From NCBI GenBank assembly GCA_964035545.1, contig OZ037770.1:8314973-8378972 (forward strand): 64,000 bases of DNA, in the 5' to 3' direction. The position numbers and the translations under genes are program-made. This document shows positions 12,301 through 21,130 of the stretch, one piece after another (position 1 is the stretch's first letter; each line of letters opens with the position of its first letter). This stretch comes from Bugula neritina (lineage: Eukaryota > Animalia > Bryozoa). The notes below the pieces were generated by a model that worked only from the letters and a program-made list of their open reading frames with translations, ran no database searches and was not told the DNA's origin.

Positions 12301-15300
12301 TTGCAGAAAATAAACTAGGGACCTTTTCCCTTTCTTATTTATCATATACTATACATGCGATTTTATATACAATCACATTTTACTATTATGCCAACTTTTA
12401 GAAAGATGGATTACTTTTTAAGTTTTAGTTTGGTTGGGGCTACACCTAACTATAAATTCTCCCAGATTTAAATAGGAAAAACTAAATCTACAGGAATCAC
12501 TTTCGATAGCTTCAATCGCATTATCATATAAACTTTCAACTTTTTAACCACTTGCAATAACTATATTAGTTATTGTCAGTTCAGTATTGAGTATTGAATG
12601 TGGGTGTTTTGAAATATGTGGGTATTGAGATTACAAATACATTTTTATTTTATTGGTCTACATTGCTATTTTATTTTATTTCATTATAAAAATATATATA
12701 CTTTTAATTTAAAATTCTCCCTGCTACTTACACTTTAATTAAGAACATTTCATCAAGCAGAGAGGCTGACACTAAAACTTTAATAAACCCACTACAAAAT
12801 TAAGTAACTTAACAAAGAAGCAGATGGAGAGTTATCTTCCCTATACAAGCATCTCTCAAGTGTTACAACTGAACCAACTAAATACTTTACTTATCAGAGA
12901 ATCAATATCACTGCATTTCTATTTCTACAATTGGATCCATACGAATGCTACCATGGATGGAGTTGTGGTTGCCTTTTGCAATAATTTATGGTTGTGGTTT
13001 AATTAGATGCAACTGTTCCCAAATATTAAGTGAAAAATCTATTGGAATAATAGAGAGAGACGCAATAGGAAAGCAGTTTATATGTAGTCTGCAGTGTTTA
13101 TATACAGTAAAATAATAATGATAATTAGTATCATTGGCAAGTTGCACGCAAAGCTTACTTGAGGTCACTTCTCATTAGCCCAAGTTTCTAGCATTATTTT
13201 GAGTACTAAACTAATGGACAAGAGAATATACAAATTTTCATTTAGCCTAGGGCCACACTGTGCGTATTTTCGCATGCGAAAATTAAAATCACAAGTAGCA
13301 AAGGTGTCCACTGTAGCGTCAGTGATGAGTGATAAATAAAGCTTTCATTTTTAAATCGCACTCGCTTTCAATAAAACGCAATTTACTGGAATATAGCACT
13401 AAATAAAGAAATTGGGCTCGCTGAATAGCTACCAGCCAATTAGGTGACGACGACAGAGACGATTCGCACTTGCGTTGAAAATGCAGAGCGACAAGTGCGA
13501 AGGTTTTCTCAACGCGCACAGTGGACACCTTTGCTACTTGTGATTTCAATTTTCGCATGCGAAAATACGCACCGTGTGGCCCTAGGCTTACTAAACCACT
13601 GATAGATAGTATGAACCACTTCCTAGTTATCAACCTCTGATGAAAGTGTAGACAATAAATTATCTTACCTACAGCTGGGATACAGCTTAACCTGAATCCA
13701 CTGACAACATGTGTATCGTTATATGTCCATTCTAGATTGATGTTTGTACCTGAGGGGTTTGCTCCAGTTGGAACTACATCTGATGGAACTATTAGAGCAG
13801 GGAAAATAAAAACATATTATAAATTTATAAGATATATTTTTCTCTTATAAATCCTTAAATGGAACATTACAATGTACTATTTGGTAATATAAAAAGCTCC
13901 ATATTTACATATTTACATATAGTATTAGTATAACTATAATTTGTGATAAATAAAACAGAAAAAGGTGCATACCCATAGCTAGCTCAGCACTATTCTCTGG
14001 TGTGGAAGGTACATTGTTACTGATTAGAGTTACAGTAAATGTGTATGTTTCTCCAGGAGTCAAGTTATTTATAGTAACAGAACTACCACTTCCGCGAGGT
14101 ACATCTTCCACAGAAGGAGGGGAACATGGAGAGTTACATTTAACTTCTACTCTTACAAAATCCCACACAGTGTTAGGATTACTCCATGTTATAATAGCAG
14201 TGTTTGTACTACCAGGTGGGGATAACTCTGCTGTTACACTAGTCACAGGGGAAGGAGCTACAGAGGAAATGGATAACACATTGTAACACATAGGAATGCA
14301 AACACCACAGAAGAGGTGCACACCAGTTAGAAAATCATTATATGATTATAAAGAAGCATGTAATAATGTTTTGGGTGCCTCACAATTACAAAGAAAGAAA
14401 CTGATAATATATGACTTTGAACTGTTTAGGTGAAGTTATCTTCTTTATCTGCTACATACAACATTTAATGTAACAACAAGACTAACACTTGTTATTAAGT
14501 TAAAGCCAGATAGAGTGGTGGTAAAGATTAGATAAATAAAAGTGACTTAGCTTTATGTAGCTGACATATGGTCGGATGAAGAAATATTCCACAAGAGGAG
14601 ATAATTTCAGTTTTCCGACTCATATTAGCAACAGTTATAAAAATTATTATTAAGTTTTACACCACAACATAAAGCAATGTGCAACTGTAAATACCAGAGA
14701 AGTGTAAATTAAACAAACCACAATCAAGGCAGGAATTGATGCAATGTCTAAGAAAGTCAACAGATGTATTTAAACAAACTTTAATTGCTTTAGTGAAATT
14801 AATTGATATAGGTAATATATTGTATGCCATTAAAATGAGCAGAAGTTTACCAAGTGTAACAAGTATGCAAAAAGGAAACAACACCGAAACGGAATTCAAG
14901 CAGCACCAGTGAAGCAGCAACGCTGTAACGGTTGCTTATAAGTTGTGTAAGTCAAGTTTATATTCATGAGAAAAAAATTTCAAACCGAATGTGTTGCTGC
15001 CAAATGAGTAAGGTGCCCTCCGTATGACGCACGCGCTACGTTGCTATTTATAACATACAGTTATGTTGGTATCATGTAACACACCTGCAGTGAATGTCAC
15101 ATAATTACTTTCTACACCATCATCTCCTAAGGTAGAGTTCATATAGATGAATGACAGAACCCTGACAGTGTACTCAGCTCCAGGTGTGGGCAGGGAGATA
15201 GTTTGAGGAGAATTCTGAGTTCTTGTATCAAGACTGTCTTTAAACATAGCTGAGGTTCCATTGCTGTACTGAACCTGTAAGAGGGGGGGGCATATATTAT

Positions 15301-17756
15301 GATATAAACGCATCAGGAGAACACTGTGCATTTTGAAAACCAAAGATGTTTTCAGCTGGTTATGCTATAATCATTAAATTTTCTATCCATCAAGATAAAT
15401 ATCTTAGATGAGAAGCATGTGTTAGACATATTCTTTCTGTATACATGGCCATACCATGCAGACATGGAGTTATGCTACTCACCATGTAGTAAACACCTGA
15501 TTCTGAAGTCCAAGATACAGTGATGGAGTCTGTTTGTGGGTTTGAGACACTCACATCAACTGCCCCACCTACAAATAGAAATACTCTACTATGAAGCTAC
15601 AACTTTGCTAACCAATATTTTGGTTTGTTATGTACTTGTAACAGTATAAGTGCATGTGTACTTGTAACAGTATGGGTATATGTGTACTTATAACGGTATG
15701 AGTACATGTGTGCTAGTATCAGTATGAGTACATGTGTACTTGTAACAGTCTGAGTGCATGTGTACTTGTAACAGTATGAGTACATGTGTGCTAGTATCAG
15801 TATGAGTACATGTGTACTTGTAACAGTCTGAGTGCATGTGTACTTGTAACAGTATGAGTACATGTGTACTTGTAACAGTGTGAGTACATGTGTACTTGTA
15901 ACAGTATGAGTACATGTGTACTTGTAACAGTATGAGTACATGTGTACTTGTAACAGTATGAGTACATGTGTACTTGTAACAGTATGAGTACATGTGTACT
16001 TGTAACAGTATGAGTACATGTGTACTTGTAACAGTATGAGTACATGTGTACTTGTAACAGTATGAGTACATGTGTACTTGAAACAGTATGAGTACATGTG
16101 TACTTGTAACAGTATGAGTACATGTGTACTTGTAACAGTATGAGTACATGTGTACTTGTAACGGTATGAGTACATATGTACTTGTAACAGTATGAGTACA
16201 TGTGTACTTGTAACAGTGTGAGTACATGTGTACTTGTAACAGTATGAGTACATGTGTACTTGTAACAGTATGAGTACATGTGTACTTGTAACAGTATGAG
16301 TACATGTGTACTTGTATAGAGTAGATAGAGTAAATAATGCTCAGAATACATGAAGTTCCTTAGAAACATGGCTATGTGATAACATAGCAGAGCAAGTTTG
16401 ACAACTCCTCCACAATACTGTGAGGTTAGCTCTCAGATCACACACTATATGTACATGCGCGTGGAATTGTGCCCTCTATCTCTTTTAGATATATTTGTCA
16501 GTCACCAGCAGTATTTTAGCAGTTACTGCAAGTTATATTCAACGAATCTCAAGGGAGAAAAAGAAGAGGTGATTTATAACAATTAAATTCTGATCTTGAG
16601 ATATCTAAGTGTGTAGAGGATTTCAGGTAGATTAGCAGCTTCAAGAATACAGGTTACATTTCTTTAGAGTAATAAATACTCACTGGGTGGTGCCAAGGTA
16701 ATAGTGGTGAGTGTGGTAGTTGTGATGGTAGCTGTGGTGGTAGAGGCATCAGTAGAAGATGAAACAGTTGAGTTCCCTGCTGCATCTCCAGTTATTGGAT
16801 AACTCAGAGTCACACACAGTACAACCTGTAAATATACATGCTCTACATATTTATATACTTATACAGTATATTTTACTACATCTAAGCATAATCTAAGCAT
16901 AAAAAGAAACATGTTAGGATAATGCTGAAAATAAATTTATAATAATCTACTTCAAATATCATCTCTCACCACAAAAGAAAGTACCTAATAATGTGTGTGT
17001 TGGATATATTCATAAATTCATATGTAACAAGTTTTGATAAGAAATACAATAAATGTAAATTTGATGCAAAACTTCTCTTTGGAGCTGCAAACACAAAAAG
17101 GGCTAGTCTTATCTCACCAGAAACTTGAGTTTCATAGAAGTACATAGTGAAGAATGCAGTGGTAGACAAGCTCACAAACCTACTGAGGTAGGTGCAGTAC
17201 TGGAAAATTGAGAAAAGCCTGTATTCTAGATTGGAAATGTAACAAAAGAAGTTTTGTTTTTGCAAAAATTTCAACTTGTACCTCAAAAATAAAATTTGAT
17301 TTTTCTACTACTGCACCTTAATGAATCTACTGACGTCACATATAGAGATAAAACGTTAACAGAAACTGGTCGATATACGAGTTAATGCTCTATACCTTAC
17401 AACTTGCTAAACTTCAATTTCAAAAGTGAGATTTGAAAGTTAAATCAATTTCTAAAAACACTTTCTAAAATTACTTTCTTGATGCTTCTTAGCTGCACAT
17501 CTGGTAAAATTATACAGTAGCTTCAGTATCTATTATTCATGAGTGGAGTTAGGTGGAGGGTTGACATAACATCACCTTAAAATCACTACTTCTCCTTATA
17601 ACTAAATGAGGAAATACTAAATGGGTTGACAACACCACACATACATCTGGTGACTATATCTGACCATCAACTCTAGAATACAGTATAATATTACCATACC
17701 ACAAGTGTGATGAGAGACTTTGATATCTCCATGTTAAACAGTCCTGTGTTATTCAT
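77..17756 (-). CDS. Gene 2: multi-exon FN3 receptor, 5' part (paralog of gene 1; continues beyond position 1)
   Basis: Exons join in frame via GT-AG: 17700-17756 (MNNTGLFNMEISKSLITLV), ~16684-16824 (VVLCVTLSYPITG signal peptide end + Thr-rich stalk), ~15483-15568, ~15085-15274, 13973-14257, ~13670-13797, ~493-667 and 77-361. The FN3 exons from 14257 down are nearly identical to gene 1 exons. Confidence 0.8.
843..1399 (+). repeat. 5' LTR of element A
   Basis: Direct repeat of 7680-8236; TG..CA; TATAAAA at ~1221, AATAAA at ~1294. Confidence 0.97.
1401..1418 (+). promoter_or_regulatory. Primer-binding site, tRNA-Leu type
   Basis: TGGTGGCAGCAGTGGGAT directly after the LTR; complementary, with one mismatch, to the ...ATCCCACCGCTGCCA-CCA end of animal tRNA-Leu(AAG/TAG). 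Confidence 0.85.
1463..2347 (+). CDS. gag: Gag of element A
   Basis: 294-aa ORF after the PBS with CCHC knuckle CWGCGASGHVQRRC. Confidence 0.92.
   Translation: MSRTPEDGGEALTLESLVTALRAIGPAYPAPPLDRYRLQPPIFGGDCDVEQFIKEFEDVATIAAWPAPVRLLQLRSCLTGPAKNYAVGESVGQIYQALRTRFGLTAREARTKLQNMKRDRRTSLQDHANAIERLALIAYSRTALDERRELVYEAFFSTVNDSALQKHYLAAKISTIEEALAMGRSYYQVDNPHRANFSASQVEEAAREEEATVATVADPAPSSSQITMLVDMVKGLQLEVARLQQQQGGRRTTEIRTNPTRPNQPTCWGCGASGHVQRRCPQKGKLRLNARGSR
2260..7186 (+). pseudogene. pol: Pol of element A (PR-RT-RNaseH-IN + C-terminal extension), broken by a 1-bp insertion at ~3705-3711
   Basis: LLDTG protease, YLDD RT, RNase H, HHCC and DDE integrase, GPY. Removing one A restores RRLGPKKEKEVSRQVQDLL, matching elements C and D. 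Confidence 0.9.
2323..2366 (+). promoter_or_regulatory. -1 programmed ribosomal frameshift signal (gag-pol) of A
   Basis: T TTA AAC in the gag frame, 6-nt spacer, 10-bp stem GGCTCACGGT/ACCGTGAGCC; pol is in the -1 frame. Confidence 0.85.
7680..8236 (+). repeat. 3' LTR of element A
   Basis: Direct repeat of 843-1399. Confidence 0.97.
8556..9803 (+). pseudogene. Deleted gag/integrase remnant of element B
   Basis: Gag N-terminus (MADKGD...LRLCLTG) joined at 8782-8787 to the integrase C-terminal half; frameshifts and stops; near-identical to D. Confidence 0.9.
10335..11253 (+). pseudogene. ORF3 of element B: zinc-finger/coiled-coil accessory protein, 1-bp deletion at ~10714
   Basis: ORFs 10241-10783 and 10633-11253 join into a homolog of C ORF3: CAEC-x12-H-x3-H, CPC-x12-H-x5-C, RKKRK, C-terminal heptads. 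Confidence 0.85.
11497..11912 (+). repeat. 3' LTR of element B
   Basis: 416 bp, TG..CA; matches 720-842 + 8241-8515. Confidence 0.93.
13245..13587. mobile_element. PIF/Harbinger (Tourist-like) MITE
   Basis: ~70-bp TIRs GCCTAGGGCCACAC...; TTA TSD at 13242-13244 and 13588-13590; empty site in the paralogous intron at ~54945. Confidence 0.85.
13973..14257 (-). CDS. FN3 domain exon (repeat type A), gene 2
   Basis: 285-nt phase 1-1 exon APSPVTSVTAELSPPGSTNTAIITWSNP...NLTPGETYTFTVTLISN. Confidence 0.88.
15630..16316. repeat. 26-bp minisatellite (TGTAACAGTATGAGTACATGTGTACT)n, ~26 copies, intronic
   Basis: Period 26 seen directly. Confidence 0.95.
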
Positions 17757-17974
17757 AAGCTAGTACTTCACCATAGTCAGTCACTCTAAAGAATAGAAAT
17801 GTCAACATACAACCTTATCTTTATTTTCAACATTTACTCACTCTCCCAACAAGAAGGAAGTTGCTGTTTAGCAGCTTAGCCACTAGCTGAATATCAGCCA
17901 ATCACATCTTATCACTTAAAATGAAAGATGCAATATGCAAACAAATTCCTATATAGTACAGTTACATCATGTAT

Positions 17975-18142
17975 GACTTCTGTAATATTTGTGACCTCAG
18001 GTGTATGACATATTACATTTGTGACCTCAGGTATATGACTTAGTATATTTGTGACCTCAGGTATATGACTTATTATATTTGTGACCACAGGTATATGACT
18101 TATTATAATTGTGACCTCAGGTATATGACTTATTATATTTGT
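17975..18142. repeat. 30-bp minisatellite (GTGACCTCAGGTATATGACTTATTATATTT)n, ~5 copies
   Basis: Period 30 seen directly. Confidence 0.9.
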
Positions 18143-18230
18143 GTGGAATGTGAAACTGAATGTTGAAAGTAAAATAGAACAACTCCTCATTGTAGAAAAC
18201 ATTTTGAAACTTTTGTTCTATTCTTGTACT

Positions 18231-18978
18231 TAGTGATCTCTTATCGATCTCAGCGAGATCGATCTGAGAAATGTGCTCAGATCGATCGTTTTTCCATGAG
18301 AGTGTCAGATCGATCTCGCAAAGTTGCCTCCTCTTAAGTGAAGGATACTTTAAAAGTATAATTTGTTCACCTATTTGAGTGATTAAAGCTACTACTGTTG
18401 AAAACAAAATAGTCGTAGTCTAAAATTTAATCCCAGCTATAAACTATACGCAGCAAAGCTTTCAGTGTATGATAATTTGGCCAATTTAAAATAATTAATT
18501 TTAATTTTTTAGCTTGACAGCTTATATAAAATTAATGGCTGTCTTGCAGATTATAAATAAACTTACAGGACTGTTGGGCTTAAAATTACAAAGAAAATAG
18601 CTAATGAAACTAAGTTTTAATAGTCGTTTAAATTCAATTTAAATTCTCCCATTTTTTTCAACCTTCTACTGCATATAATTGAGTTTTCTTAATCATTGCA
18701 CTGAAAGTCAAAGTTTTGGCATCTAAAAAGGTGGCTATTATAATTATTTAATACTTTGCTTAGTAATTATCAATAAGTTATCATTTTTATTAGCAGACAA
18801 CATTGTAGCGCGCAGTCTTTTCCTACTTCTCAGATCGATCTGGCGTCTTTCCATGATCTTATTGACATGAGATCGATCTGAGTTCGAGCTCCACAGACCG
18901 ACCAGCTCAGATCGACTGAGATCGATCTTTGGCGTCTTTCCATGGATCGATCTCGCTGAGATCGATCTGAGATCGGTA
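18231..18978. mobile_element. Putative non-autonomous DNA transposon with AGATCGATCT-rich inverted ends
   Basis: ~34-bp imperfect TIRs (GATCTC..ATCGATCTCAGCGAGATCGATC) and repeated subterminal palindromes; TSD not resolved. Confidence 0.6.
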
Positions 18979-19351
18979 CATGGAAAGCCGGTGAATATGT
19001 TAAATGTTTGCACTGTTTACTGCTTATTTTAGAAGAGACGTCAAAATCATTACATATATGTGTATTTACAGCTTCTCTGTAGTTCATGAATTGGATTTAT
19101 TGTCTCTTGGTTTTCTGCAGACGCCGGGACAATGGCTGAAATTAGTAAATAGATTACTTAAACTATGGTCACATAAACCCTGTTTCCGCAATTGCACTAT
19201 AGACTTATCCTAAAACACTGTACAGCTTAAAGGATATTTAATAATAATTTAATAAAATCTGATCCAAATGAAAAACATGAATTTGTGTTTTATAAGAAAC
19301 TATTCAATTGGCACCAAGAGCAACTTAAAATATTTTAACTGTCATCAGCTT

Positions 19352-19623
19352 TGTAGTAATTTGTGCGATTACTATGCGTGGGTTCCTAGCTTGTAATTAT
19401 AGTCTATTTATCCACATCAATAAAGTATTTAAGTAAGAGTTTCCAAAGTTTATTCGCTATTAATTATGTAAAAGATACAGCACGTACACAGATCAGAGAT
19501 TACATCTTCGCTTAGTTAATACGCTCTCTCTACTAACAAACTACTACTAGCTGAGGGTTATCACGTGACGCACTCGGATAGGCTGAAGGAATACGGGGAC
19601 GCGCGTATTACGTCCTCACTACA
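19352..19623 (-). repeat. 3' LTR of element C
   Basis: Direct repeat of 26652-26924. Confidence 0.97.
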
Positions 19624-19976
19624 CCGCCCCCCCAGCAGAAAGCCCTACTTTCTGATAACACAGATACAATAAATTCGAACATAAAATGTTATAAAACTAA
19701 AAAAACCGAGAGAGCGTGTGGCACATAAAAGAAAAACATGGCTATGTACAGTAATAAGAAAACATATACATATAAAAATATATAACAGTAAATACACAAT
19801 GGCACCGGTGGGAGGCACTTATAAGAGGATAGTTTATAGAGGTAGAGCTGTATACTGGTAGGTTACTATATATTGTTACACTGAGTAATTGTTTGTGAGC
19901 ACCGGCGTGAGAAGGGTCTGGAATGGGGCACCACCTGCAGTACCATCACGGATAGGGAGTTTGGGGGATATCATCT

Positions 19977-21065
19977 TCAAGCACTTCCTTTCATTCGGGC
20001 TACAGAGGCAGAGAGGGCCCGGAGTTCTGATGCGGCGGCGGAGATTCTCGGTGTCAGTCTGTGCACCTCTTTCTCTAATTCTCGTATCCGCTCTTCTGCC
20101 TCGCCTAGATTCCGGGCAGGGGCAGAGTGTCGGTTGGGGGATGAAGATGGCCAACGCCGTTTACGAGAAGGCCTTGGGGAGACAGGGGGGGAGGGACGCC
20201 ATCGCTGTGGTATATCGATGCGTCGTAACACGACTCTTGGTATAGAGTCGGGGCGGGGCACTGTGCGTGCGGGGGGTGAGGGACGGGGTACGTGTGGTTT
20301 CCTATATCCGGGTGGTTTAGGGCAGGGTCCCTGTGTGATGGTCCTGGGGGCGGGGAACTCCTGACGCAGCCGTTCATAGCGAGCTGGGTCTGATATGAAT
20401 GGTCGGATGAGATTAAGGAATTGTGGAAAGGAGGGTTCGTCGACTTCGAAAAGGTGTCCAACATGGCATCCCATAGTTCGCTGGTGACGGAGGATGTAGT
20501 CCCTGTGGTAACTATATTCACCACAGGGACAAAAGGTGGTGAAATAATGTTGGGGAATATGAACTCGAAGTCTTCGTGGAGTAGTGAAGTGAAGCTGGCA
20601 TAAACGGCAGGTGGTGCATTGGTCGTCTCCCTTGTGCTCTCGTATCAGTGTTTCTGTATCTGGTGTAACCCAGCATGACTGCTGTAAGAGTGCCTCCGGA
20701 AGAGTAGTGGGAACGGGTTCCTCGTTCCAAGCCATTTCTAGTGACGGCATGTCACCAGAGAGAGGAGAGAGAGCGGTATCTAAAAGAGCAGAATTACTGT
20801 TAGATCGAATGTGATCTTTACACCATAATTCTGATGACAACCGACTGTTACTAGTCTGGGAGTCATACATCTTTTCAGATAGCACTCGAGGGACTGAGTC
20901 GTGTCGTGTAGACTGACAGAGAGACATAGTGTCAAGCTCCAGATCTAGTAGATCGTCGGCCATCTTTATGTTCTCGTCGCCTTTCACGTAGGACTCAGTC
21001 CCCAGTAGTTGTGATTCAATCAAGGCGATTAAATCAGAACTGACTGATGGTAGACTGGTTTCCAT
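19977..21065 (-). CDS. ORF3 of element C: intact 362-aa zinc-finger/coiled-coil accessory protein
   Basis: ATG-initiated ORF 65 bp after the pol stop. CRLC-x12-H-x3-H, CPC-x12-H-x5-C, PRVVL, RKRR and a C-terminal amphipathic heptad helix; homologs in B and D. Confidence 0.9.
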   Translation of the reverse strand: METSLPSVSSDLIALIESQLLGTESYVKGDENIKMADDLLDLELDTMSLCQSTRHDSVPRVLSEKMYDSQTSNSRLSSELWCKDHIRSNSNSALLDTALSPLSGDMPSLEMAWNEEPVPTTLPEALLQQSCWVTPDTETLIREHKGDDQCTTCRLCQLHFTTPRRLRVHIPQHYFTTFCPCGEYSYHRDYILRHQRTMGCHVGHLFEVDEPSFPQFLNLIRPFISDPARYERLRQEFPAPRTITQGPCPKPPGYRKPHVPRPSPPARTVPRPDSIPRVVLRRIDIPQRWRPSPPVSPRPSRKRRWPSSSPNRHSAPARNLGEAEERIRELEKEVHRLTPRISAAASELRALSASVARMKGSA

Positions 21066-21130
21066 GAGTGGAAATGTTAGCTCAGAGCAAGCTTACCTGA
21101 GAACCCGGTATTTGTAATCATACTCAGCGT

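Noticed and set aside
15630-16316. Regular repeats resembling a CRISPR array (also 30362-31266 and 45296-45716)
   Set aside because: Head-to-tail units with no unique spacers, no cas genes, eukaryotic context.
15597-16369. 190-218-aa ORFs in three frames (MYSYCYKYTCTH...)
   Set aside because: Translation artefacts of the 26-bp minisatellite.
19977-21065. ORF3 as an env gene
   Set aside because: No signal peptide, TM helix or fusion-protein pattern; the features are those of a nuclear protein.
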